Shown here: piece after piece, positions 33,537 through 48,899 of the stretch
Layout: each line of letters opens with the position of its first letter
How positions within the stretch are numbered: position 1 is the stretch's first letter
Assembly (NCBI RefSeq): GCF_009914755.1
Contig: NC_060933.1
DNA from: the human T2T-CHM13v2.0 reference genome, Homo sapiens
DNA: 64,000 nt
Reading direction: 5' to 3' (one strand)
Program-made: the position numbers and the translations under genes
Notes under the pieces: model-generated
What the model saw: only the letters and a program-made list of their open reading frames with translations
Database searches by the model: none
What the model was told of the DNA's origin: nothing

Positions 33537-34246
33537 GTTATCTATTGCTATGCATAACAATATTCTCAAAAATTAGTGCCAGAACCACCGTTTTCTTTTT
33601 TTTTTTTTTTTTGGTCTTTTTTTTTTCCTTTTTGTGGAGAACGAGGTCTCGCTATATTGCCCAGGCAGATCTCGAACTCCTGGGCTCAAGCTATCCTCCT
33701 GCCTCTGCCTCCCTGAGAGCTGGAATTACAGGCATGAGCCACCACGCCTGGCCACCACCGTTTTCTTTATCTCACATTCTGTGGGTCAGAAACTTGGACA
33801 GGGCTCAGCTGCGCAACTCTTCTGTTCCATGTGGTGTTGACTGAGATGTCCAACTGACAGCTGGGCAAGTCGAGGGAATCCACAACAGCTCCGTTCATTG
33901 TCTGGCACTTTGGCAGAGTCGCAGAGACAACTAGAAGGCTGGACCTGACGGGGACCACGTCCCAGAGAGCCTGCATGTAATCTCTCTAACTTGGCCAATT
34001 TAGAGTCATCAGAGTTCTTCCATGGTGGCTCAAAGCTACCAGAGTGAGGGTGTTCCAAGAGACCCAGGTAGAAGCAGCAAGGTTTCTTGTAAGTTAGTCT
34101 CAGAAGTCCCAGAATGTTACTTCTACAAATTCTGTTGGCTGAGCAGGTCACTGAGTCCAGCCCAGATTCAGAGGGTCATGAATAAGACAGCCCCCTGAAA
34201 TGGGAAAAAGAGCAAAGAACTGCAGCCGTCCTTCATGTACATCACC
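33537..34246 (-). mobile_element. MLT1G/H-like MaLR LTR
   Basis: GTTATCTATTGCT..TCTGTGGGTCAG..CAGCCCAGATTCA..GCAAAGAA. Confidence 0.8.
33599..33753 (-). pseudogene. BC200 RNA (BCYRN1) retropseudogene: Alu domain plus A-rich domain, no unique 3' domain
   Basis: Minus strand carries BC200 diagnostics CCAGCTCTCAGGGAGGC, GGATAGCTTGAGCCCAGG, CTGCCTGGGCAATATAGCGAGACC and GTTCTCCACAAAAAGGAAAA; perfect 15-bp TSD ACCACCGTTTTCTTT. Confidence 0.92.
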
Positions 34247-34911
34247 TGTGCCAGGGTCTGCTGCTAGGGGAACCCAACCTAAGACACTTGCCTGCAAGAT
34301 TCTTCAGGCTCTGGCTCCTGCCCTGTTTCTAGGGTCATCTCATGCCCTCACATTTGACTTTGGTGCCTGACATGCCAGATTCTCTTTTGTTTTTCTAACA
34401 CTCCAGGTTCTATCTTGCTCCCATGCCTTTATTTAATTTACTTATTATATGCAAAGTAACAAAAAATACACAATAGATGTTCATGCTCTCCTCTGCCTAG
34501 AATGTCCTTCCACCCTATCCTTGTTTACCTGCAGCTGGGCTCATCCTTGGAGACCTCGACTGGGCTTCGCCTTCTTCATTCCAGTGAGGTCACGCACCTC
34601 CACCCTGCTCCTGCCTCTGCAGCATGGAACACATCAATTTCCTTGTCAGTAAGTTCTTCTAGAGAAGGAATTCTTCTTTCCCCTACTTCGGTATCCTCAT
34701 GTCTGATGATGGATGAATGAATTATGTGTGGCCCTAAGAACTCCAAGGCAAAAATATAAACAGTTCAGCAAATTGCTAAATTTTTACATTAATGTTCTCC
34801 TGCCATTTTTGAGGGATTTTCTTAATGTCAACTAGCTCAATGTAGGAGCTGGTCACCAAGCTGTCACGGGGCTGAGGAGTGTCAGGTGGGGAGATAATCT
34901 AATACAACTAC

Positions 34912-35172
34912 TTTTTTTTTTTTTTTTGATGGAGTCTTGCTCTGTCGCCCAGGCTGGAGTGCAGTGGCGCGATCTCGGCTCCCTACAAGCTCCGCCTCCT
35001 GGGTTCACGCCATTCTCCTGCTTCAGCCTCCCAAGTAGCTAGGACTACAGGCGCCCGCCACCACGCCTGGCTCATTTTTTGTATTTTTAGTAGAGATGGG
35101 GTTTCACCATGTTAGCCAGGATGGTCTCGATCTCCTGACCTCATGATCCGCCTGCCTCAGCCTCCTAAAGTG
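34912..35172 (-). mobile_element. AluY, 5'-truncated
   Basis: TSD TAATACAACTA. Confidence 0.94.
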
Positions 35173-35421
35173 TAATACAACTATTTAACTTAAATGATGG
35201 GACCTTATATGTGACTCATTGTCTCCATGCCCTCATTTATCTCTCTTTGCTCCCTAATAGGCTTGGCTGATATCTTAATAAAGTTAATGTCTTCCTTGAC
35301 CCTTGTCTTGTTCTTGCAGTATAAAAGAAGTCCCAGTTGCTCCAAACAGGGAAACTTTTGTTCGTAAGCCCTGTCAGAGTTCTGCCAGTTATAAACCGGG
35401 ATAAAGCAAGCGTAATGGCAG

Positions 35422-35607
35422 TGCAGACATCTGGAAAATTTCCCTGTAAAGAACCAGATAGTAAATATTTTAGGCTTTGTGGGCCAAGAAGTAAAATTGA
35501 GGTATTTTCTATAGACACAAATGTAACCATTTGAATATTTAAAAAACATCCTAGAGCCAGCAGGCAGTGGACCAGATTTGGACGATGGGCTGTGATGTCC
35601 CACCCTG
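35422..35607. mobile_element. MER58-like MITE
   Basis: CTGTAAAGAACCAGATAGTAAATATTTTAGGCTTTGTGGGCCA..CCAGATTTGG. Confidence 0.85.
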
Positions 35608-36547
35608 TGATGTAGTAGATTGAGAGCAAAACTGAGGTGAAGAGAGCTGGGCTCAAGTCCTTACTCGGTTCATTATTGTGTTACCAACCTAGAGCAGAAG
35701 GCTCTGGGGGAGATTCCACCGACAATGGAGGCTCCACTCCCCAGGGCATAGGGCGGAGGTAGAGTTGGTGGCTAACCTTCTGTTCTGAGGGCAAAGGGAG
35801 TTCGGATCCTTGGTCCTGGAGGAAGAGCAGAGGAAAGAAACATGGCCCTGGACCTCCAGGGAACACATAGTGAGCTCAGCCCCACCCCCAGAACCACACC
35901 TATGGACGCTGGATGCTGAACCAATGGATAAAGTGAAGGGAATTGTGTGTGGGCCTCAAGCCAAAGCAGGACAGGTGGCTCATCCAGAGGACCTGGGCCA
36001 ACATTCCATTCTGCATCAGTGCCCAAACAAAGATGCCTCTCACCAGGGCTCCAGCTTCTCTGTGAGTTAAACGTTAACTGGGGTTTGAGCTCCTGTATCC
36101 AGGAATGCAGTAAACACAAAGTTCTCAGCCAGGGTCTGATACCCTCCTGAGGGCATCTGAAATGTGTGAAGGTGTTTCTGGCAGACCCGTTGGTCCTCGG
36201 GGAAAAGCATTTGCCAGCAATGGCACATGCTCTGCAGTTCATGGAATAGACCCGTGCAATGAAGACCTGTCCTGACCAAATGCCAGCAGCTCCCCCTTGA
36301 GAAGGGCTGCTAGGGAGCCATGCTGGTGTTCCTGGGCTGCTGGAATGCAGAGGGGAGGGACAGCCTCAGTATCTTGAATTCCAGTGAGCCTCACTTTCCT
36401 CATTTAATCTCAAGGATGCTTGTAAGAATCAAGAGATAATTACATTTGAGTCTTTTGTCGACTGGCAAATGTTATAAACATATCAATCATTGTAATGTGT
36501 CCTCCAGTGGCTCCTAAATGTGATGTCTTTTTAAAAAAAAATAATGA

Positions 36548-37200
<653 letters not shown>

Positions 37201-37679
37201 GACATGTATCTTTTTTAGGTGGAAGGGAATTTTTAAAATCTCAAAATTACAGCAGAAGCTACAAATAATCATTCCACCCCTTGCATGATTTCAGGTCCTG
37301 GTCTCTTTACCAGCCTCACTCCCACGCTGGGGGAATTATAATGTCAATTGGCTTTTAGCTGTATTGTGTTAGGACCAGCCCGTCATTCCTAACAAGGACA
37401 AGGATTTCGAGGGGAAAGGCTTCTGTTAGCTTAGTATTTATTAGTCTGATTATCTGTTCTTCAAGTCAAAAATCTGCTTGCCTCTTACTTAACTGTTTTA
37501 TTTACCTAGAAAGTAGAAAGAAAGTCTACTCTAAAGTGCAGATAAGCTTCTCAACTTGGAAGCATGGTGCTTTAAGAGAAAAAGCACACACTCTGCAAAC
37601 AAGATGTGGGGAGTGGAATGGAAAACTCCACTGAGTGCTTTCCTGGCCTCATGCCAATCTGTGAATACTTAATTATATA

Positions 37680-37680
37680 T

Positions 37681-37728
<48 letters not shown>
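37680..37728. repeat. (TG)n microsatellite
   Basis: Seen directly. Confidence 0.97.
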
Positions 37729-37730
<2 letters not shown>

Positions 37731-38525
37731 TTAAAGCCAACTGTTCTCACATTTAGGCCAATTTTTCTTTGCTAATATGGTCTTTTCTTGTCTTCAATCC
37801 AAAACAGATTGAGAATCAAGAAAGATATATTCTATCCACAGTTTCATTTCACCAATCATCTGTTCATTTTCAACTAACGACAACCATTTATATGTCTTTA
37901 AATATTAATGTGGGTGCCAAAGAACACAAAGCAAAGGCACTGTTCATTCAGAGCCGAAATTGACTGAGAATTCCTGCAGAGGTGAAGTTTCTTCTAATTG
38001 ATGGATTTGGTCTGGCAATGCCCATGGCCAGAGGTGCACAACAAGGAAATGAATGAGTGCAGAGGGAATAGTGCCAGTCAAGAATCTACAGGTTCAGGTG
38101 TATGCTTAGGCAAGTGCCTAACACAATTTCTTTGTCAATGGTGCCGTATTAAGTTGACTCTGGATCCCCTCAGAAATTGGGAAGAAACTCAGGGGAGAAA
38201 TGACCGTATGTGCTTTCCCTTGATTAGTTATCGTCACTACATCACCTCACCTTAATCTGCATCACCATATGCAGCCACTGTATTTCATAATGCTTAGGGT
38301 TGATCAGCCATTATCCCATAGCTCCCTGTCCATGGCTCAGTTTGGTGCTTAGATTAACCTAGGAGGTGGTAAGGAAAGTACTCTTGCCACCTTGAGGGGT
38401 GAAAAGGCTAAATGACTTCTGCAGGGGTAACATTCAGTAAGTGGAGGAGGGCCTGCCTTGTTCTCTCCTTTGTCTCCAGGTTAAACTGAATGATACTCTA
38501 ATGTACCAGAATATGCCCTTTGTAA

Positions 38526-39465
<940 letters not shown>

Positions 39466-39611
39466 CCCTTTGCAATATTTTATAAAGGTTAACCAATAGG
39501 CATAGAGTCCTTATTTTACTATAATGGAATATAAAGCCTTGTCCATTAAATAAGAATAAAGTTGCTTGATTTGTCCCAGTGAATTGACTACAAATGACCA
39601 GATGCTATGGC

Positions 39612-39785
39612 CTGTTGTCTGTCTTCCTTCTCCCTCTGCTCACCAGAACATAAGCTGCACAAGGGCAGGGACTTGGCTTAGTTCACTGTTATATCCAGAG
39701 CTCCTAGGCCAGGGCCTGACACATAGTGGGTGGTCTATAAATACTAAGTATGTGAGGGGACGAAGAAATGATGGAATGAGGGAAG
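39612..39785 (+). mobile_element. L2 3' end
   Basis: TAAGCTGCACAAGGGCAGGGAC..GTTCACTG..GCCTGACACATAGT. Confidence 0.8.
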
Positions 39786-40809
39786 AAAGGACAGAGCAAG
39801 GCTTAGATTGGTGGAGTGGCTTGCTGAAGGTCACACAACCATAGCAACCTTGATGTTCGAGAGAGCCTGAGCATAAACACCACTCCTCTGTTAGATCTTT
39901 TCATCTGTGCTTTCATTTCCATGGGTAGTATTCGTTGCCTTTTTGGAGGTGAGAGCTGGGGGAGGAGAGACGTTGCCATTTTTCTAGAGGAATGTCTTTA
40001 ACAAGTTGTAAGAGTTGTCTTATCTGAGGAAGAGGGCGATAAAGTTGCTTTGAATGTGAATGCTGGTGGCTGGCCAGGCCCCCTAACTAGCAAGTGATTT
40101 GATAACTTCCAGCATGGACTTCAATTCATAGATCACAACACGTCAGAGACCTTATCAGGGCTATGGTTGGTCTAACTCCACAGGTGTGAAAGATCGGGGT
40201 AGTTATTCCTCCTGAGGATCTTACATGGAATCCTTTTTTTTTTTCAAAACTGTATCACCTAAGTTTCTGGTGTATCACAAGACATGCCCATAGCAAAGGT
40301 AAACTTGATGGTTGATGCTCTTTTTTTCATGCTTAGCACACACTAGAGAAATATATCTGCTCATGAATATGTAAATAATTTTTATTTAAAGTCTAACTGG
40401 CTTGAAAGAAAATTCTTGAATCACCTCTTGGTGTTCTAGGAATTCAATATTTCTCAGTGCAAATATCAAACTCCTACTCAGATGCACCAAATGGAGACTT
40501 GGCTGGTTTTAAAGCATCTATTTACTCAGAAGAATAGAGCCCACGCACAGGGAAAATGTCCCTTCTTCTACTGATGTCCCAAATGCCTCTTTGCTTAAAG
40601 ATTGCTTAAGAGGGATGCCAATGTAGTTAATGCAGCTCTATAGTGAGGAGTGAACCCAGTCCAGCTCCATATTACATTTTTGTGTTTCATAATATTATAA
40701 GGCTCTTAGCAAGGAGGGGAAAGAACCAATTCAGAGAAAAAGAGCTTATGCCCTCTGGAATGAATAAGATGCCAAGATGGCAGATAGTACCAGATAGTTC
40801 ATCTTAATG

Positions 40810-41112
40810 CTTTTTTTTTTTGTTTTTTTTTTGAGATGGAGTCTCACCCTGTTGCCCAGGCTGGAGTGCAATGGCATGATCTTGGCTCACTGCAACCTCC
40901 CCCTCCGGGGTTGAAATGATTCTCCTGCCTCAGCCTCCTGAGTAGCTGGGATTACAGGCACCCGCCATCATGACCAGCTAATTTTTGTATTTTTAGTAGA
41001 GACAGGGTTTCACCATGTTGGCCAGGCTGGTGTCGAACTACTGACCTCGTGATCCGCCCACCTTGGGCTCCCAAAGTGCTGGGATTACAGGCATGAGCCA
41101 CCCTGCCCGGAC
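40810..41112 (-). mobile_element. AluSg-like
   Basis: Full dimer; TSD TAATGC. Confidence 0.94.
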
Positions 41113-42539
41113 TAATGCCTTTTTAACAATGTCTGTGTGTACCTTTCTTTTTTCTTGTAACCTGTGTTCTCAAGACAGAGAGCAAAACAGCAGCTTAACG
41201 TTTTCTACTAACAGAAAAATCATAGTAACCAAGTGTACCTGAAAGCTTATTAATTTTCCTGGCCAGCCACCTTTACCTTGATTCCTTTTATTGCATTAAA
41301 AATCGAGACTAATTAAGGCAACTGTTGCTGCAGCAGGCCAAATTAGGTTTTTCTTAGAGCTCTCCCTTCATCTCACAGAATGATGTCATTAAGTGTGCAG
41401 CCTGTGAAATGCTAAGGACAGCCTGTTTCCACCGTGACATGGGTCACTCAGGAATGCGAGGGAAGTACACCACTGAATGTCATAAAGCTTTAAAGAGTTA
41501 CAATAACACCTACACTGCAGGCCAAGCAGAATATGGGCATTCACTTCTCTTTGTAAACAGACTCTGTGAAGCCAGAGGGAAGGTAGGCGGGAAGTGATGC
41601 GGGAAATGATGGCATGAAGGCTCTGCATAGCTGCTCTGCAGGCTACTTGGTCTATGGGCCTCTTGATTGGCCAGTCACCCAGAGGCTTTACATAGAACTG
41701 GGAATTGGGACCACCAAATTGCACAGCTTCTTGGCAGGCCTGTTTGGCCACAGGCAGCTCTTGAATCACAGGGCTATATTATATGGCCACTTGATACCTG
41801 CTTATGATTAAGCAAGCTCCAGTGTGCTTTCACAATAGAGATATATTAGTCAAATAAGTTTACTTCATTTTTTTCCATGAGCCCTGGGATTTGAAGAGTT
41901 AGATTACAGTCCACTCACCAAGATTCTTTCATACAGATGGTTTTCTTATAGTGGAGTAGCCCATTGCCTTCTCAAGTGAAAACTATTTAGTCGATCCCCT
42001 CTGGTTTGTTGTTTGCATGTGTCTAGGTAGTCTCTGAGTCCTGATCCTTAACCAGACATAAGCATTTGTGTTGACATTGATCAAAAAACACTACTATTGC
42101 CAACTACTCAGCATGTGTTTCTAATACCTACTATGTATAAGGCATAGTTCTAGATGCTATGAGCTAGACATTGATCAGAAGCCTGTAAGACCTGTTCTCA
42201 AGAAGACAGGTTAAATATACATTAAAGTAATTCAGAATACATGACAGTCTTCGAAAAGGGCAAAGAAAAGACAGGAGTTTAAATTATAATTGGAAGAAGA
42301 ATGTGAAGGGAAACAGAGGTCAAGAGAGATAAGTATTGTTTGGAAAGATCAGGAATGATGTGAAATTCAGATAGTGGAAAATGTAAAATTTAAGGAGGGA
42401 TAAGCAGAGAAAAGGGACAAGCCAGAGGGAACAGCTAAAGACTAGTTTGATGAGAAGAAGAAGGTTACCCATGTTTCACTTGTACACTGTCTTAGGTGGT
42501 AAGCTAAGGAATTTAAACTTGTCTTTAAAAAAAAAACAA

Positions 42540-42670
42540 AATCACTTTATTGAGGTATGATTGACATATAAAAAGCTGTGTCTACTTAATGTATACATCT
42601 CGATAAGTTTGGGCATAAGTATACCCCTATGAAGCAATCACCACCATCAAGGAGATATTTATGTCCATTA
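42540..42670 (-). mobile_element. L1MB 3' terminal fragment
   Basis: CTTTATTGAGGTATGATTGACATATAAAAAGCTG. Confidence 0.75.
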
Positions 42671-42684
42671 ACTTTTTTTTATAG

Positions 42685-43048
<364 letters not shown>

Positions 43049-43680
43049 CATTTAAGGCTATTTTATCATAAGCAGCAGAGAAGCCAATTTGACCTGGCTT
43101 AAACAACAAAGGAAGTTTCTTGGCTTACACAATAGAAATCTCTACAGACAGATATTGGCCTCAGGTAAGGTTTGATCTAGCAATCCAAACAAGAACTCCC
43201 GGACACTAGTTCCTCTCTGCCTCAGCTTCATCCTTAGATACCACATTGTCCCTACCTGCCATCCCCATCCTCTTCTAGGCAGCTCCTGGCTCTCCATGTG
43301 TGGCAGAAAATGGCTGCAGTAACTCCAGGCCTCAGATCTCCCTATACCTTCTGGAGGAAGAGCAAGCCTCTTTCCTGGTAGCATCTCTGGAAGAGGAGGA
43401 AGCTTGTCTTTCCCAGAGGCTTCAAATGGCTCCTGTGTCTTCATGGATCTGAATGGGTTACTGATTTATCTGGGAATCAGTGGAGGATGTAAGTAAGTAC
43501 ATGGGAAAAGCTGATTGGTTTAAGCCAACCACAGTCCACCCGTAGAGCAGGAGAGGTGGGTGAATCCCTCCCAAGCCACAGGGCTAGAATGAGAAAGGAT
43601 AGATTTCCTGAAGGAATCTGTAAGTAGTGTTAGGAAGGGAGAATGGCCCTTGGGTGGCCAAAGAGTGACACATGTTTACT
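43049..43680 (-). mobile_element. MLT1J/K-like MaLR LTR
   Basis: CTGGCTTAAACAACAAAGGAA..AAATGGCTGCAG..CTGATTGGTTTAAGCCAA. Confidence 0.65.
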
Positions 43681-43796
43681 AGAGGTAATAATAAGACAAA
43701 GGTAGGTAGGTTTATGTGACAGTCAAGACCAGCTTATCAAGCCATATAATTGTAAAGGTATGAACTAACCTCTACTGACACTGACTACGTAGTCAG

Positions 43797-44557
43797 TATC
43801 AACCTAAAAAAAAAAAAGACACCAGAAAATTGTCTCTAAATATGTTGGGTTTACTCAAGAATAGAAGTAAGGATTATAGACTGGAATGCATGGAATGGCA
43901 AGCCACTAGTGCATTCAGTGAGGAAGGGGGAAGGGAACTTTTATTAGCAAAAATAAATTGACATAAACTGCTTAGAAACAAGTTCATTGGTTCCAGAGGT
44001 TCAAAGCCAGAATTGTTGTCAGTTCATTGGTGGAGATGTCGCTACTGGGCAAGTGTTCTTCCAAGAACATTTTATTTGAATCACTGCAGTCCTAAAGAAT
44101 GTCTAGTGATAGGCTGGGTGCGGTGGTTCATGCCTGTAATCCCAGCACTTTGGGAGGCCGAGGTCGGGAGTTCGAGACCAGTCTGACCAACATGGAGAAA
44201 CCCCATCTCTACTAAAAATACAAAATTAGTCGGGCTTGGTGGCATATGCCTGTAATTCCAGCGACTTGGGAAGGCTGAAGCAGGAGAATATACTGAAACT
44301 GGGAGGTGGAGGTTGCGGTGAGCCGAGATCGCGCCATTGTACTCCAGCCTGGCTAACAAGAGGGAAACTGCATCTAAAAAAAAAAAAAAAATGTCTAGTG
44401 ATAAACCTTATTAAAGCAGGAGATGTGTGAAGGGCTTATAGAAAGTCCTTGGAAATCGTTTATCGCAGAATGTAAGCTTGAGCCTCCTCTCCTTACTGGC
44501 TCTATTTTGTCTGGGTTTGACAGAAATGATTTCCTCCAGGTATCTGGAATTTTCACA
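43797..44557 (-). mobile_element. Solo ERV1 LTR (MER65/MER67-like) containing an AluSp at 44112-44391
   Basis: Reverse complement starts TGTGAAAATTCCAGATACC; 4-bp TSD TCAG; Alu TSD AATGTCTAGTGATA. Confidence 0.7.
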
Positions 44558-44716
44558 TCAGCCACCTCCCCATCCTCCACCTGGCCCTGTATGCCCGCCT
44601 TGCCCCTTTTACTTCAGAAAGTTTTAGAAAGGCATCATCTTGTTTCACATAGACCCAAGGATGATTTCTCAAACTGAAAGAATTCTCAAATTTTTATTTG
44701 GAAATAAAGGAATTCT

Positions 44717-44992
44717 GGCCAAATGCAGTGGCTCATGCCTGTAATCCCAGCACTTTGGAAGGCCGAGGTGGGAGGATTGCTTGAGCCCAGGAGTTAGAGA
44801 CCAGCCTGGGCAACGTGACAAAACACTGTCTCTACAAAAAAGAAAAGCAGATTAGCCATGCATGGTTGTGTGCACCTATAGTCCTAATTACTCGGGAGCT
44901 GAGGTGGGAGGATTGCTTGAGCTCAAGAGGTTGATGCTGCAGTGAGCTGTGATTGCACTCTCTCACAAAAAAAAAAAAAAAAAAAAAAAAAA
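44717..44992 (+). mobile_element. AluJ
   Basis: GGGAGGATTGCTTGAGC in both arms. Confidence 0.9.
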
Positions 44993-45407
<415 letters not shown>

Positions 45408-45409
45408 TC

Positions 45410-45565
45410 TTCGCAATAACCATACAAAGCAGGTATTACTATCTAATAGGTTTAGAGATAGGGAAACTACAGCTTGACCAAGTGAAATAATTTCCCAGAG
45501 TTTATATAACTATTAAGTGGCTAAGATTCAAACCTAGGTTATCTGACTTCATACTTTATCCCGTA
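45410..45565 (-). mobile_element. MIR fragment
   Basis: AGGTATTACTATC..GGAAACT..GATTCAAACCTAGGT..TCTGACT. Confidence 0.65.
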
Positions 45566-45593
45566 CCAAAACAAATTTCATTTCATTTTGTAT

Positions 45594-45774
45594 TAAGGTT
45601 GTCAGATAAAATACAGGGTGCCCAGTTCAATTTGAATTTCAGATAAGAAACACTTATTTAGCATATGTCCCAAATATTGCATTGGACATACTGATACTAA
45701 AGAATTATTGTTTATCTGAGATTCAAATTTCATTGGCTATCTTATATTTTTATTTGCTAAATCTTGCAGCCCTA
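45594..45774. mobile_element. MER53 palindromic hAT MITE
   Basis: AATTTGAATTTCAGATAA..TATGTCCCAAATATTGCATTGGACATA..TTATCTGAGATTCAAATT. Confidence 0.88.
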
Positions 45775-45902
45775 ATTTGGAACAATCACTCTTTTCCAAT
45801 AAAAAGACAATTTTATTGATGTTTTTTATGACCGAATGTATTCAAGAACTGGTGACATCTAGGAAAATTCAAGTTTTAAATGAAAGAAAGTCAAATAAGT
45901 GA

Positions 45903-46576
<674 letters not shown>

Positions 46577-46689
46577 CACAGATTGCTTTATTTGAGAAAC
46601 CTGGTTGACCTAAAAAGCCTCTTTCTGGGATAGCCTCCTAATTATGATATGTTTGAGTGTGAAAGTGAAATGGGAGTAGGGGACATTTA

Positions 46690-47072
46690 CTTATGCATTC
46701 ATTCACTAGGTCCTGAGTGCCAATTGTGTGCCAGGCAGTATTCTAGGTATTCTGTTACAAGGCAAACAAAATCCTAGCCCTCATGGAGCTTCTGTTCTCT
46801 AGGGGGAAAATGGGCAATAAATAGATACACTAGCAAGTAACAAGGTTTCTGGTAATGGTAAAAGTTGTGAAAGAGAATAGAGCAGGGCAAGGGGACAAAA
46901 CAAAGGGAAATTTGAGATAGGCATGATCAAGAAAGGCATTCAGTGAGGGGCAAAGTCCTGAATGAAGCAAGGGAGCCAGCCATGTGTGGCTCTGGAAGGA
47001 AATCTTCCACACAGAGAGAGGGACAGCAAGTATAAAGACCCCAAGATGAAAACGTGCTTGGCAAGTCCGGAA
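46690..47072 (-). mobile_element. L2 3' region
   Basis: CATTCATTCA..TGTGCCAGGCAGTATTCTAGG..GCCCTCATGGAGCTT. Confidence 0.8.
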
Positions 47073-47879
<807 letters not shown>

Positions 47880-48899
47880 TGAAAGATTGAGAGAAGGGCA
47901 ATAAATGACCAGACTTATGCTCCAAAGGCTTGTTCTAGGTGCCATGGAAATAGAGACCCTGTTGCAGAGGTGGAGGAAAGACATGCTAGTGGCCTGAATT
48001 AATACGAGTGTTGCATTTGAGATCTATTTGGAAACATATTGCCTGGGTGGAGCTAACGCAGACGTGACATTTAAATCATCACAGGTGATTCAAGTGCATC
48101 CTCAAGGTTAAGGAGCACCACTGCTTTAAATCATGGTCACTGATTTAGTAGTTCAATTCCTCTCAACCTTGGTCGTACTTCGTAACCACCCAGGGGACTT
48201 AAAAAAAAAACCTGGAGATTTAGTCCCACTCCCAGGCTGGGAGTACAGCCTGGACATTAGGATTTAAAAAATATCCTTGGGTGATTCTTCTTTGCAGCTA
48301 AGTTGAAAATTTCTGTCTAGAGAATAGTGGGAACCTGGTGTGCGAGGTAGGCAACAAGAATTGATTGGCAATGCTTGCTTTAAAGCAAGTTCTATTAGAA
48401 TCAAGTTCTGTGAGAGAAGACTGAAAGATGCTCATAATCATGTATGGTCCCAAACGTCTCTGGTGGGTCCCTACTTCCCTCCCCTCCCACTAGCTGTTAG
48501 AAGTAGAGCTGGTCATCAGTATCTAACCTCCCCATACTGAAGCCGAGTCCCCAGAGCTGGCCATGGTCACAGTGGTGACCTGACTTTCAGCTGTCATCTC
48601 CTCACCCATGTTTGCCCAGGCCAACTCTCTTTTCCAGGGGGTATCAGGTCTGGGAGATGGCAGAGCAAGGCAGGAGGCGTCCAGACAGCAGCTCTCTTTC
48701 GTTCCCTTCCTGGGAAGGCATCTGGCAACCATTCTCTCCAGCTCTCAGGAACAGTCCTGAAATTCCCTTTCTATTGATGGGAAAATACAAGCAAAAATCA
48801 AAGTAATAATCAGTGTCACTTAGTGAATTAGTGATGGAGACGGGAACAGAATCCAGACTTTCTAACTTGGAGATCCCCTGCTTTTAAGTCTAAATGGCT

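Larger units (their letters stand above)
32618..34286 (+). mobile_element. LTR16-like ERVL LTR split near its 3' end
   Basis: GCAGCCCTCAGCCAGTGA..CAAATAAACAACTTGTACTCAAATC, then GGGTCTGCT..GGGGAACCCAACCTAAGACA after the inserts. Confidence 0.8.
32380..34722 (+). mobile_element. L2 host of a nested LTR stack (pieces ~32380-32617 and ~34287-34722)
   Basis: GCTTCCTAACTGG..AAGCTCGCTAGCATGGC resumes as CTGGCTCCTGCCC..CTCTGCCTAGAATGTCCTT..GATGAATGAA. Confidence 0.65.

Noticed and set aside
46659-46670. GTGAAAGTGAAA, an IRF/PRDM1-type motif
   Set aside because: Single isolated motif between repeats with no supporting cluster
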